41,548 nt of DNA from a virus (Duplodnaviria; Caudoviricetes): positions 1-41,548 of IMG/VR virus record IMGVR_UViG_3300008116_000184; one strand, 5' to 3'. The position numbers were made by a program, and so were the translations under genes. How positions within the stretch are numbered: position 1 is the stretch's first letter; each line of letters opens with the position of its first letter. Below are positions 15,748-27,300 of this stretch, in pieces. The notes under the pieces are model-generated. The model saw only the letters and a program-made list of their open reading frames with translations. It was not told where the DNA came from and made no database searches.

Positions 15748-16734
15748 ATGATTGAATCAAGAAGCAGTGATGCATACTTGCATAAGGATTCTATTTTGTG
15801 TAAGATATCTGAGTACGATATATTCAGATATTATTGTCACAATTTTAAGAATTTTGGTGACAAGTTTTGCAGTGAGTTAAGAGAGGATAGATCTCCTACA
15901 TGCTCGATAGTTCCTTGGAAAGGGAGAGTTATCTATAAAGATTTTGGTAGTGGGGAAAGTCATGATTGCTTTTCGTATGTACAAGCCAAATTCAATTTAA
16001 CTTTCTCAGAAGCCATGAGAGTTATTGACACAGATTTTGGGTTAGGTTTACAAAGTGGGTCCGTTATAAAGAATCAAGTAGCTATTACATATGGTACTCA
16101 AGAGATTATCGAAAGACGTCCAACCAAGCTTGCAAAGAGAGCAAGAAAGTGGACTCTACAAGATAAAGAATTCTGGGAAAAGTACTATATCACTAAGAGT
16201 TTATTGATTAAATTTGATGTCGAACCAATAGATTACTTTTGGATTAATGAAGCACGTTACGTATGTCACACTCCTAGTTATGTATATAACATCAATGGTC
16301 GTTATAAAATCTACAGACCATATGAAGCAGAGGGTAAATGGTATAGCAACACTTCTAAAAATGACATTCAAGGGTGGAAGCAGTTAAAAGATAATGGAGA
16401 CATTGTCATATTAGCTTCTTCTCTCAAGGATGTCATGTGTCTTAATGTATTGGGGTATGAGGCTATTGCTCTACAGAGTGAGATGCAGATGCCAGATCCA
16501 AAGTTAATCAGTAATTTGCAGAAGAGATTTAGCACCGTAGCTGTACTATACGATAATGATTTTGAGAAGGAAGCAAATCCTGGTCAAACAATGGCCAATA
16601 AAATTTGTGCAGAGTTCAACTTAATTAACGTAATTTTACCAGCACACTACAAATCGAAAGACATCTCTGATTTAATGAAGAATCATGGAATCGAGATAGC
16701 TCAGAGAATTGTGCAAATACAACTACCACTTTAA
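15748..16734 (+). CDS. DNA primase (Toprim)
   Basis: SELREDRSPTC..YKDFG N-terminal domain; SSLKDVM, YDND, KDISD Toprim motifs. Confidence 0.9.
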   Translation: MIESRSSDAYLHKDSILCKISEYDIFRYYCHNFKNFGDKFCSELREDRSPTCSIVPWKGRVIYKDFGSGESHDCFSYVQAKFNLTFSEAMRVIDTDFGLGLQSGSVIKNQVAITYGTQEIIERRPTKLAKRARKWTLQDKEFWEKYYITKSLLIKFDVEPIDYFWINEARYVCHTPSYVYNINGRYKIYRPYEAEGKWYSNTSKNDIQGWKQLKDNGDIVILASSLKDVMCLNVLGYEAIALQSEMQMPDPKLISNLQKRFSTVAVLYDNDFEKEANPGQTMANKICAEFNLINVILPAHYKSKDISDLMKNHGIEIAQRIVQIQLPL

Positions 16735-17222
16735 TGGCCAAACGACGAACCCCAAGAACTAGATCCAACATAAAGTCCAAAGGATTAACTAAAGGAAAGA
16801 TCCAAGCAAGACAGAAAGAAGTAGATGGAATTAAATTCAAGTCAATGCTTGAAGTATTCTGCTACAAGAAACTAAAAGAGCTTGGAGTATCTTTTACTTA
16901 TGAGGAACACTCTTATCAATTGACTGATGCTTTCTACTATCCTTGTCCAATATTTGAGACCAAAGGAACAAGTAAAGAGTTTGTCGATAAGAGCAAGGAT
17001 AAGATTCGTGGGATTTCGTACACACCAGACTTTGTGAGTCATGATGCAGATGGTAAGCTGCTATGGGTAATAGAATGTAAAGGTTTTGCTAACGACAGGT
17101 TCCCAAACACTTGGAAGAACTTCAAGAAGCATTTAATCGATACTGATTCTGTCTGTCCGTTATTCTTACCAAAAGATCAAAAACAAGTATTACAAGTAAT
17201 TCAGCTCATTTCTGAGCTATAA
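16734..17222 (+). CDS. PD-(D/E)xK endonuclease (T7 endonuclease I / DUF1064-like)
   Basis: VDGIKFKSMLE...YE...YTPDF...IECKG. Confidence 0.87.
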   Translation: MAKRRTPRTRSNIKSKGLTKGKIQARQKEVDGIKFKSMLEVFCYKKLKELGVSFTYEEHSYQLTDAFYYPCPIFETKGTSKEFVDKSKDKIRGISYTPDFVSHDADGKLLWVIECKGFANDRFPNTWKNFKKHLIDTDSVCPLFLPKDQKQVLQVIQLISEL

Positions 17223-17233
17223 ACTAAGAGGTT

Positions 17234-17596
17234 ATGAGTCTCACTATTAATGAAGACTCTAATTATCTTAAACCACATACTTTTCAAAAGGGAGATTTAA
17301 TTCTTATCTCTATTGGTAATGGGATGCATTATGGTATCTATGATAGCATGAAATCTGAAGACAAGATTTACTATTATTTTATAGGAGGTGCTTGGCATTG
17401 CCATCCCTATGAAAAAGATACTGCAAATGGAGATTCTTCATGGTTGTATAAGAAAATTAACGATCCTTCACAAGGCTCTGTTGATTTTACTAATACTAAT
17501 GCAAGTAAAAGAATCTTCCCTCTTCCGAAAGAAATGTGCACTAAGAAATTATTAGAGATTCAACACGATTACAAAAAAGCTAGAAACTTATTATGA
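17234..17596 (+). CDS. Hypothetical protein
   Basis: 120-aa ORF with ATGA overlap into the next gene. Confidence 0.75.
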   Translation: MSLTINEDSNYLKPHTFQKGDLILISIGNGMHYGIYDSMKSEDKIYYYFIGGAWHCHPYEKDTANGDSSWLYKKINDPSQGSVDFTNTNASKRIFPLPKEMCTKKLLEIQHDYKKARNLL

Positions 17597-20415
17597 GTAT
17601 CAAACAGATTGACAACGAGTTTGTCGGTTCAGACACTGGTGTTGCTAAACGAATTAATCGTGGTGCAGAGAAACTAGTATTTGACATATTACAAGCCACA
17701 CAGTATTCTACTCCAATTCCTTCAACCGTCAGAGAGCTGGTAACAAATGCCTGCGATTCTCAACGAGAGAAGGAAATTGCTATAGAGATATTGACTGGGC
17801 AGAAGACCGTGGAAGATTATTATATCAATCGAGAAGGAGAGCAGTACGAAGACAGTAACTTCGATCCAAGCTACTATAGCTTACCTCATTTTGATGTACA
17901 GAATCACCACGTTGACGTTTATTACAAGCACAATGCTGGAGTTGGATATTGTGACCAGTTCATAATTAAAGACTACGGTGTTGGTATCGGGGGTAGACGT
18001 TTAGAAGGTATCCTAGAATTAGGTTATTCAACTAAACGTAATACTTCAGAGAATTTTGGTGCCTTCGGTTTGGGTGCTAAGGTTGCATTATCTACGGGTG
18101 TAGACTTCTACACTATTGAAACCATTTATCAAGGGAAACGATTCAAAGCAAACTGCTTTAATTACAAGACTGATTTCTTAATTCCACGATTTAATCTTAG
18201 TACAGGCCAAGAGAATCCATACATCACATTTACTGATGGGACTAAAGTTTATTACGAGCCAACTACAGAGTTAAACAGAACTGAGATTTCATTTGGAGTA
18301 AAGAAGCACAATGCAGATCGTTTTATAGATGCAGTCAGTGAGCAATTAACTTACTTGAGTAATGTTAGATTCTATGTGGTTGAAGAAAACGGTTATGAAA
18401 GAGAGATCGACTTCAAGCCTAGTGTTATCTACAACTCAAAGCATTTGATTATCACTGAGAGTAACTACTATGCACGTCCACACATTGTCATTGTTAAAGC
18501 AGAGGGAGCAACCACTGGTATTAACTATGGTCACGTGGATTTCCGAGAGTTGGAGATGGAGCAGTTATATGGGGCAGTTGGTCTGAAGTGTCCTATACGA
18601 CAAGTGTACAAGAATGAACAGGGGGAAGAAGTAGTTATTCAAGATGGAGTCGATGTTACTCCGAGCCGTGAGAAAGTAATCTGGTCTGATCATACTAAAC
18701 AGTTTGTTCAGAACTTGATTCTTAAAGCAGGTGAGGAAGCAACAGAGCTTGTGCAAGAGAAGCTGAACGAAACAGATTTCTTGAAGTGGGTAGAGGCATG
18801 TAAGAATGTAGTGTACTCAGGAAGAATAAACGAAGATTATTCTGCTAACGGTAGAGTACTGCAAGCTATGAGTAGAATCATTGACACGAAGTCTTTAAAG
18901 CCGGTATACCCAGTGAACAAACGAATCAAGTTTGAGCACATGGGAAAGGTATTCGAAGGGTTTAATGTCAGACTTCATACTCTGTCTAACAAGCTTGAGA
19001 ACGGAGAGTTTAAGATAGTTTCTAATACTACTGATGTTGATACTTGGGAAAAGTTTGACATCTCTAAGGTGTATTTTAGAAAAGAAGGATTTACCAGACT
19101 TAAAGATGCATATCTTATGAAAGAGAATGGTGGTTCTTTTATATCTATCAGAAAGAAATCCACTCAAGATTTAGAGGACAAGTGTGATGATCCTTCTACA
19201 CCTCCAAACGAGTTAGGAATCTACGAAGCTCAGTTAGCAAAGGTTAAGAAAAACCAATTAGAAGTTGAGAAGTATTTATCAGAGTCAGAAAGCTACAGAG
19301 TTTATGATGATGTGATAGTTCCTGATGACTTTGAGGCTAGTCTTAAAGAGGAGGAAGAAGTATTGGCTGCTACAGGTGGTGGAACTCAAAGGTTAACTCC
19401 TGCTGAACTTCGTGAGTTGAACAAGCAGATTGTAGGTTACACTGTTCGTACTGCTACTGCAAGACAGGCTAATAACTGGAATGATTCTGTATGGGATAAG
19501 GTAGAGCCAAAGTTATCTGAACTTAGAGCTACTGAAACTCTTATCTACTATGGTACAGATGAAGATGGAGAAAAGCTTAAGTTAGCTGCTGAGATAATGA
19601 AAGGATTTGCTCCGTTTATTTCAGATGTTTATCCTAGTTCTACTTATACTCCTCCTTATTCTAATAGTAGACAGGATCCTATGCATTTCTACATGTGTCA
19701 CCCTACAAGATTTACTAATGGTAAAGGAGAGCTTAGTGAATATCCTATGGGATCTAAAGTCGATAGAGACTTTAAAACTCCACAGTTAATTAAGCTCAGT
19801 GAAGCCAATGTAAGACAGGTGAAGAATGTCGAGAATATCAGACATATCGATGAGTTTTTCTATACAGTGACTGAGAATGACTACATTACTTGTAGCCCAT
19901 ATCTTAGAATATACTATGCTGCTCATCGTCTTGAAACTTGTGATCTTAAGCATTTCTTTGATCATCTGCAATCTATCAATCCTTTGTTTGGTAAAATGTA
20001 TGATCAGATTATGGAAGTTACAGGTAAGATATCTTATAAGTTAAAAGACAAATCTCATCCATTACTTGATGAAGTGTTTACAAGACTGAATAAGATGTAT
20101 GCTTTAGAGTATGTATGCAAGACTTCTCCTGATGATAAGGAGACTATTGCTAATACAGCAAGCAACTTGTTTATGCTAGCAGACATTCCAGGAGCTGAGA
20201 TTCGTATTCCAGGCTTTGAGGCTGTGTATTCTTTCTATAAAGATTTCATAGAAACTTCTCAACATATCCTAAGTCAGATTTCTAGTTATAAGTTTGATGA
20301 GGAAGATACGAAACGTGAGATTCAGCTGTATCTAAAAGCAAAAGGGTTACTCGAAATGACCATTCCTGTTGACGAAATTAATGAGTTCGAGTCATTTATT
20401 TCAGTAAATTTGTAA
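17593..20415 (+). CDS. rIIA: rIIA-like protein (N-terminal GHKL ATPase)
   Basis: YS...VRELVTNACDS, DYGVG, STKR, GAFGLGAK, later VTPSRE; adjacent to an rIIB-like gene. Confidence 0.88.
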   Translation: MSIKQIDNEFVGSDTGVAKRINRGAEKLVFDILQATQYSTPIPSTVRELVTNACDSQREKEIAIEILTGQKTVEDYYINREGEQYEDSNFDPSYYSLPHFDVQNHHVDVYYKHNAGVGYCDQFIIKDYGVGIGGRRLEGILELGYSTKRNTSENFGAFGLGAKVALSTGVDFYTIETIYQGKRFKANCFNYKTDFLIPRFNLSTGQENPYITFTDGTKVYYEPTTELNRTEISFGVKKHNADRFIDAVSEQLTYLSNVRFYVVEENGYEREIDFKPSVIYNSKHLIITESNYYARPHIVIVKAEGATTGINYGHVDFRELEMEQLYGAVGLKCPIRQVYKNEQGEEVVIQDGVDVTPSREKVIWSDHTKQFVQNLILKAGEEATELVQEKLNETDFLKWVEACKNVVYSGRINEDYSANGRVLQAMSRIIDTKSLKPVYPVNKRIKFEHMGKVFEGFNVRLHTLSNKLENGEFKIVSNTTDVDTWEKFDISKVYFRKEGFTRLKDAYLMKENGGSFISIRKKSTQDLEDKCDDPSTPPNELGIYEAQLAKVKKNQLEVEKYLSESESYRVYDDVIVPDDFEASLKEEEEVLAATGGGTQRLTPAELRELNKQIVGYTVRTATARQANNWNDSVWDKVEPKLSELRATETLIYYGTDEDGEKLKLAAEIMKGFAPFISDVYPSSTYTPPYSNSRQDPMHFYMCHPTRFTNGKGELSEYPMGSKVDRDFKTPQLIKLSEANVRQVKNVENIRHIDEFFYTVTENDYITCSPYLRIYYAAHRLETCDLKHFFDHLQSINPLFGKMYDQIMEVTGKISYKLKDKSHPLLDEVFTRLNKMYALEYVCKTSPDDKETIANTASNLFMLADIPGAEIRIPGFEAVYSFYKDFIETSQHILSQISSYKFDEEDTKREIQLYLKAKGLLEMTIPVDEINEFESFISVNL

Positions 20416-20438
20416 TACAAATAATAACAAAATCTTAT

Positions 20439-21608
20439 ATGATTAGTTTAAATGTAATCGATGGAAACATCGTAGGATCTTACGGAGAGAAGTCATTCTC
20501 TGTAAAGTACAAGGAAGAGTTGTACAAACAAATGCAAGAGTTATCTAACAAGGCTGACAAAGCAGAAACAATGGATGAGTTGAGAGGTATCTTAGATACT
20601 TTCGATAGCTTGGCTGTTGAGGATTACACTGAGCTTATTCAAGATAAGTGTGAGCACATCTATGTTAATAGCACTACCGGAGAGTTCTTCTTGAAGACTG
20701 GTGATGTGGTATCTAACATTCCAATGCCTGAGGCTTTAGTAGAGAGAATCTATGAGTCTATGGATATGGGTTTAGATTTTATGCCACTTATCAAGATGTG
20801 GACTCGTTGGCTACGTAATCCAATTCTTTGGAAGAAGATGAAAGCTGGTACAGGAGTAGAATTCTCTGAAAGATTCTTCAATTTCATCAATCTTAAGTAT
20901 GTTCACCCTGTTCTATTCAAAGAACTTGTTGAAGAAAAGGGATTGAATGAGGACGTAGCTGCTAAGAAAGCTACTATGTATCAGATGAAGATTACCAAGG
21001 AAGGTTTATTGAACGGTTACAAAGTTTCTTCTGAGGTTTTGCATAAGTTCGATGCTGAGACTGGAGAGGTAGTAGATCGTTACAAACGTACATTCAATGT
21101 AGACACTGGAGAAATTGAGTCAGAAGGCTTACCAGAGTTTGTAGAGGATCGTGTCTTCCAACCTGCTATCATGGGAGAAAGTGGAGATGCATTCTATTGT
21201 GAAGGTCCTAACGGTTATGCTAACCCTGGCCACTTCATTAAAGTAGGATGTACTCATCGTCTTGCATCTTGGGATCAGGTGAATACTAATGACCATCAAG
21301 CATGTGTACCTGGCTTACACTTCGGAGGTCTTGAGTATATTAACCGTATCTCAGGTGAGATTCACAACATCTTTGTAGACCCGATGCACATCGGTGCCGT
21401 TCCAGATGATAACACTGGAGCTATCCGTTGTCTTCAGTATTTCGTGCATTCAAGTTTGGCTGGTGTAAATGGTTCCATTTATCACTCTTCAACTTATGCA
21501 GCAAAGACTGATGCTGAATGGGCTATAGCTCGTAAAGAAGCAGTAGAGAAATCTTTCTCTCGTATTGAAGAACTAAAAGCAGCTGTTGCTAGAATAAACA
21601 ACATATAA
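20439..21608 (+). CDS. rIIB: rIIB-like protein
   Basis: W..WLRNP, ITKEG...GYK, CVPGLHFGGLEY, VDP..IGAVP.D...IRC.QY. Confidence 0.88.
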   Translation: MISLNVIDGNIVGSYGEKSFSVKYKEELYKQMQELSNKADKAETMDELRGILDTFDSLAVEDYTELIQDKCEHIYVNSTTGEFFLKTGDVVSNIPMPEALVERIYESMDMGLDFMPLIKMWTRWLRNPILWKKMKAGTGVEFSERFFNFINLKYVHPVLFKELVEEKGLNEDVAAKKATMYQMKITKEGLLNGYKVSSEVLHKFDAETGEVVDRYKRTFNVDTGEIESEGLPEFVEDRVFQPAIMGESGDAFYCEGPNGYANPGHFIKVGCTHRLASWDQVNTNDHQACVPGLHFGGLEYINRISGEIHNIFVDPMHIGAVPDDNTGAIRCLQYFVHSSLAGVNGSIYHSSTYAAKTDAEWAIARKEAVEKSFSRIEELKAAVARINNI

Positions 21609-21619
21609 ATTAAGCTCAG

Positions 21620-22393
21620 ATGGAAGAAATATTAGACCAGAGTGTAGGACCAGTGGAACCGATATGTCTAATTGATGGAGATAGCTTAATTTATTATGAG
21701 ATGGACAAGCCAACCCTGGAGGAAGCCTTACAAGGGCTAGACTCCAGGATCTTGACCATTCTTGAACAATGCAAAACCCCTACATATGTTGGCTTTCTTA
21801 CAGATCATAATTGTTTCCGTTACCAAGTTAGCAAAGACTATAAAGCTAATCGGAAACATAGACCCAAACCTGTCATCTTCCCTGCCCTTCGAGAATACCT
21901 CAAACAAAAATGGGGATTCTATGGAGTTGAAGGATTAGAGGCTGACGATTTGGTAAGTTATTATGCTAAGAACGAACCACGTAAAACGATTATCTGCTCA
22001 CCAGATAAGGATGTTCTTCATCAATGCCCAGGCATGCACTTTAATTATCGTACTCTTGAGTTTTTGCATACATCTCCAGATGATGCATATCAATTCTTGT
22101 GGAAGCAAGTATTGATGGGAGATAGTACAGATAATATTACAGGCATACCAGGAGTTGGTATTAAGACAGCCGAGAATTGGTTGATGGGGAGAACTAATGA
22201 TGTTGAAGCATTTGTTTTGAAGAAGTATATCGAGAAATTTGGAAGTACAGAAGGCATTATGCAGTTCTATACTAACTTTAAACTTGTATATTTACTTCAA
22301 AGTCCTGAGGATATTCTCAGAGAGCTTCAAAATAATTTAGAACCCTTAAAACCTATAACTCACTATGAGCCAGCAGATAGCGACGGATGGTAA
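21620..22393 (+). CDS. 5'-3' exonuclease / flap nuclease (T7 gp6-like)
   Basis: IDGD, YKANR, EADD, SPDKD, GDSTDNITGIPGVGIKTA. Confidence 0.93.
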   Translation: MEEILDQSVGPVEPICLIDGDSLIYYEMDKPTLEEALQGLDSRILTILEQCKTPTYVGFLTDHNCFRYQVSKDYKANRKHRPKPVIFPALREYLKQKWGFYGVEGLEADDLVSYYAKNEPRKTIICSPDKDVLHQCPGMHFNYRTLEFLHTSPDDAYQFLWKQVLMGDSTDNITGIPGVGIKTAENWLMGRTNDVEAFVLKKYIEKFGSTEGIMQFYTNFKLVYLLQSPEDILRELQNNLEPLKPITHYEPADSDGW

Positions 22394-23168
22394 AATAATT
22401 TACACTCCAGTGAATGGTAGAACCATTCGTATGACAGGAAGTATTGCAGACTATTCTAGAGTTTATGATGAAGATGGGAAAACAATAACTACTTTGGTAA
22501 GTGGGAAATTAAAACATGATCTCGGCTCTATTGTTAGAGGCCGTACAAAGAATCCCTACAAAGTAAATATCATAACCCCACTTTATAATGCTGTAAATCT
22601 TTTAGCTGGATATGATCTATCAGTTGCAAAAGCAACTAAATCTACAATCTTTTTATGCCCAATGCTTGGAGGAAAGAGAGAGTTATTCTACTGGAACAAT
22701 CTATTAGTAAATGCATTCTGTGCTGTACCGAATGATGAGAATGTGATTGCATTACTATATAGATTTTCAGGAGATGCTTTGTTCACAAAATTTGAACATG
22801 CTCTTGAAAGCTTTGAAGCATTTAAGTATAAGATTGATACTGACCCATACCATGTGTTGTTTGTGTTTGAGGTGCCTAAGCATGCTCAAGCATCTTATTC
22901 ACATTTTGTGAATGGTCGGTATTCAGAGATAGATGATATCATGAAACTTAAGATTTTGGATTATCATGGATTTAATATGGATGGGTCAACAGCTAAAATC
23001 CTATTCAAGTCTCCTTCATTGAAGAAAGAACTTGAGGAGCAATTAGACGTAACGATACCAGAAGAGAATGAATTACATTCTCCCCCAAAATTAAATGAAG
23101 AAACATTCGATCCAGAACTATATCATACAAGTAAATTAAAATTCGATAACACAAAATTCTTAAAATGA
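22365..23168 (+). CDS. Hypothetical protein
   Basis: 267-aa ORF overlapping both neighbours. Confidence 0.85.
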   Translation: MSQQIATDGKIIYTPVNGRTIRMTGSIADYSRVYDEDGKTITTLVSGKLKHDLGSIVRGRTKNPYKVNIITPLYNAVNLLAGYDLSVAKATKSTIFLCPMLGGKRELFYWNNLLVNAFCAVPNDENVIALLYRFSGDALFTKFEHALESFEAFKYKIDTDPYHVLFVFEVPKHAQASYSHFVNGRYSEIDDIMKLKILDYHGFNMDGSTAKILFKSPSLKKELEEQLDVTIPEENELHSPPKLNEETFDPELYHTSKLKFDNTKFLK

Positions 23169-23920
23169 GTAAACTGCTTGAACAGATCGGGGATTGGGGA
23201 CCTATCCACACTAAGTTGGTAGAAGACCACCCCGGTCTTTACGGGCAGCTCAAAGACTTCATTAAATTTCACAGAACAAATTACACTGTATATCCTGCTA
23301 GTCCAGAGGTGTACAAAGCATTTGAGTTGTGTCAGATGAAGGACCTTCGAGTTGTCATCATAGGGCAGGATCCATATCACAATGGAGCTGCTACCGGCCT
23401 TGCATTTGGAGTTAAAGAGGGAATGAAAATTAATCCAAGTCTACGAGTGATACAGAGAGAAATCTGTAGATCCCACGGTATAGACGAATCAGATGCCAAA
23501 ACAACTGAGTTTGATTATTCATTGTCTCATCTGGCCAAGCAAGGTGTATTGCTATTGAACACTACTCTGACTGTTACTAAAGGTAAACCTAATTCCCATG
23601 AGCAAATCTGGGGCTGGTATACCAAAGGAATTGTCAGAGAGATATGCAATGAGTTAGATGGAGTCATCTTTTTATTATGGGGAAAGTTTGCACAGCATGC
23701 TTTCGGAGGCATAATTAAAGAAGTGAATTCTTTCCACGACAAATCACATATCATATTTGCTGCATCACATCCTGCAGCAGAAGTCTATGGAGGTAATGCC
23801 CGGTTTATTGGTTGTAATCATTTCATTAAAGTTAATGAGATAATTGCAGAGCCAATTGATTGGTTTAAATTACCAGAGAAGAAAGAGGATGAATTAGAAT
23901 CTCAATTTAATTTACTATGA
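23165..23920 (+). CDS. ung: Uracil-DNA glycosylase, family 1
   Basis: GQDPYH, ATGLAF, PSL, GVLLLN, LLWG, SHPAA. Confidence 0.95.
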   Translation: MSKLLEQIGDWGPIHTKLVEDHPGLYGQLKDFIKFHRTNYTVYPASPEVYKAFELCQMKDLRVVIIGQDPYHNGAATGLAFGVKEGMKINPSLRVIQREICRSHGIDESDAKTTEFDYSLSHLAKQGVLLLNTTLTVTKGKPNSHEQIWGWYTKGIVREICNELDGVIFLLWGKFAQHAFGGIIKEVNSFHDKSHIIFAASHPAAEVYGGNARFIGCNHFIKVNEIIAEPIDWFKLPEKKEDELESQFNLL

Positions 23921-24330
23921 ACGATACTGAACAACAGATTAATGCTGTATGCAATCAAATCAAAACACTTTTACTTTTAAAGAACAAAGCTTACGGGGAC
24001 TCAGCACTTGAGCCCGTAAGAATCTTTTCGAAGAATAGTTCTATCGATGGACTACTTGTACGAATTGACGATAAGTTATCTCGAATCAAGAATATGGGGG
24101 TTTCTTCAGCAAGTGAAGACACTCTTATGGATTTGATTGGGTACTTAGTTCTTTTGAAAATTCAATTGAATAAGAGTATGAGCAGTGGTTTTGAGGTTAT
24201 GGCTAAAGAAACTCAGAAGAAAATAGTAGATCAGTTAGGGCTACCAAAGATGCCACCTACCTATTGGCAAGGTACTCATCATGATATCGATAAGATTCGA
24301 TACACTAACGGCACTATGACAGGGTATTAA
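23917..24330 (+). CDS. Nmad1/DUF1599-like (MazG-fold) nucleotide-modification-associated protein
   Basis: KNKAYGDS...RIDDKLSRI...EDTLMDLIGY. Confidence 0.8.
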   Translation: MNDTEQQINAVCNQIKTLLLLKNKAYGDSALEPVRIFSKNSSIDGLLVRIDDKLSRIKNMGVSSASEDTLMDLIGYLVLLKIQLNKSMSSGFEVMAKETQKKIVDQLGLPKMPPTYWQGTHHDIDKIRYTNGTMTGY

Positions 24331-24359
24331 AAAGAAGGGGCAGTAGCCCCTTTTTTATT
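24329..24359. terminator. Bidirectional Rho-independent terminator
   Basis: AAAAAGAAGGGGC-AGTA-GCCCCTTTTTTATT between convergent operons. Confidence 0.9.
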
Positions 24360-24366
24360 GCCTTTA

Positions 24367-27300
24367 TTATTTCGTTGCTGTAGCAGGAAGATCAAACCAC
24401 TTAGAAGCTGTAGCTGGATCAGATGATTTTTCAATACCCCCTAGTATTGGAATTAATGCTTGGAACTTAGCTAGCAGTTTGCTATCTCCTTTCTCATGAA
24501 TTCCAGACTTTCTTTTGTAGTATAGTTCTGATGTATCCCCTGTAAATATTGATGGAATAGCTTGAAATGCTACCATATCTATAAGTTCTATTGATTTTGT
24601 AATAGGACGTACAGTTGCTGTAGGGGAATTAGCAGTCTTTAAGAATTCCATTGGTCTTACGAACTGAGTCAATTCAGTTTGCATACGTAAAGCCTCGTAA
24701 ATAACGAAGCTCTCAAACCATGAATCATCTTCATCATCGTCATCTGAAAGTGACATTACAATCAAAGCACATAGAGTCCAGAATGCAATAGATACTGCAG
24801 ACCTTCTCATGTTTTGCTTCTCCATGTCTGTCATCATCTTGTAAACTTTAACACCGTTACCAGCATTCTTATAAGTTTCTTTCATGAATCTCCACATAGT
24901 TTCCATTGTACCTTCTGAGATAGTTCCAAGCTCTAAGTCACGGTGGATTCCCCCACGAAGACCGTTGTGTCCATAGTGTTTACGAAGAGATGGAATGAAG
25001 TAACGACGGAATAGCATAATCAATTTACCGTACCATCTTCTTTGAAGAATAGCATCATCAAATTTAGTTTTGACTTGGTTGGTTCTCTTGTTGATTCCAG
25101 AGATTTTAGACATGAATCTGCTTCTGTTGAAGTTAACAACCTTAGGGTCTATTCCAAATCTACCAGTCTTCTCATCTTTAACAAATACATCCCAAAGATT
25201 TGCATCTTCCCCCTTCTCATTTTTAATGACATTACCGTCTTTATCTTTAAGCTTTCCTCTGTAGCTGTCCATCAAGGCAAGCATTCTTGTTACTGCTGTC
25301 TCGTGCTCAGCAATAGTTTGTAATGCCATTGGCCCTTCTTGTAAAAGCTTAAGCATTCGTGGACCAGTCTTGTCTTCTTTTGTAGATCCAAGTACTTCCC
25401 CTAATGCATCGAAGTATCTAATAGCTTGTACAATCTTAGTTTGTGGGGCAAATGTTTTAAAGTCTTTCAAAGATCCTAAGCCACCATTACTTGTAAAGTG
25501 GTAGATGCTCTTAGCCCACGTCATATTCTTTTTATTAAAGAACTGCTGTGAGTGTGCCTCTTCCATCAAACGTACGTTATCGAGTAACATCTGATTGGTG
25601 GACTGAAGTAAGTTACCTGCTAAGTTAGCTAATGCAGTAAACGATGCTATTTTATTAGATAGCTTATTTGCTGAGATCTGTCTCCCAAATATATTTAAAG
25701 CAGACTTTAACTCTTCTTCCCCAAAGAATATTTTATCAATCCATTCGGACAAGTGCTTGAAGTTATTCCCTCCTTTACCTGCAGTCTGCATCTTAGTTCC
25801 TTTTAGGATCTTTGACATTCTGTGTAAAAGAGGATTGTTATCTGCTGCTACTGCCTGTACTTCTCTGTTTTCTATAATATCTCTCATTAACATTACTGAC
25901 CCAATAATTTCAGATTTACTCTTAAACATATTGGCCATTCCTCCGAAGAGAATTAATGAGCTGGCTATGTCTCTACTTACTAATTTAGAATCAGTAGGAT
26001 TTGTGTAGAAGATAGGAATTGTTTTGGCTCTAGCTTCTTTGTTGGCATTGATAGCATCTCCGTAATTTACATCCGTAGATAAGAACTGAAATGAATCTTT
26101 TACAAAGTCTTTAGCTGCAGTGAATGCTCCGTCCTTCTGAACCTTTTCTAACCCTTCCGATCTCACTGATGGGAGAATGTAGCTGAACTTATCCCAAGAA
26201 TTTTTTGCAAGGTTATTATTTCCAAGCATCTTTTGCTTCTTGTAGTAGAAGCTCATCATGCCCTTGTAATACTCAAAAGCAGGAGCATTCTTTTTTAATG
26301 CTTCATACTTAGGATTTTTGTAGCTATCATTTGGACGAACTGCTGAAATTTTCCACTGCCCATTTACAGAGTCATACATCTTGTCCATCAATGATTTTAG
26401 AGAAGCTTGTTCTACTTCTAAAACTTGAATCTTATCTGTATCTATTAAAGCTTTGTCTTTTGAACTTTCTTCTAAAAGTTTTTTTCTTACAGTCTTAAGT
26501 TTGTCTACAAGTACGTTATATTTTTCTTGAGAGTCTTTACTTGGGACAGAATTTTCTTTGTACCACTTAGCTACTTCTTTATAGTACTCTCTTACGGTTA
26601 CCTTGTTCTTTAACCACTCTTGAATTTCTTCGTCCCCCTTAACTGGTTTACTGTACTTTTTAGCTAAATCTTCATACATTTTAGATTCAGCACGTTTGTA
26701 CCTAGTAACATCAAACTCTTGTACAAAAGATAGTAAAGTTGTTTTTTCTGACTGCCCTGTTTCAGGATTGTACGTCATATACTCTACCTCTTCTATTACA
26801 TCTTCATTAAATTTATTAGGATTAAGTCCTGACCCTTTTGATTTTTCGAAATTTTTATATACTTCTGCTAATTCGTAGATGTCATCTTGTGTTTCATCAT
26901 TAGCTTGATACATTTTATCCTTAAGCATAGATGCAAACATCTGTATCCCTACTTGAGAAGAATAAATGATTGGGTCTAAAAGGTAACTAAATGCAGACTT
27001 ATCTTTTTGAGCTTCAGTAAGTTCATTTATTAAAGTCTGTCTAGTTACTTTTTTGTTCTCTAACTGCTTGATGTTCAATGCTATAAGAGCTGCAAATTCA
27101 TCAGCAGGAGCTAACTTCTGATTTTTTATTTTGTTGTACTCCTCATCTCTCTCAATAGCTACTAAACGATTGTTATCTTTTATATTCTGTATAAGCTTAA
27201 TAATCTCATCGTTTACATCATCATTTGAATACTCCATTAATAAGTCTGCCATAAGAGGGATACCTATTTCTCTGTATGTCTCTTCTACCAAGTTCATTCT

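Noticed and set aside
7111-16734. Inteins or group I introns in polymerase, helicases or primase
   Set aside because: Proteins are of normal or short length with continuous motifs; no splice-junction or homing-endonuclease motifs seen.
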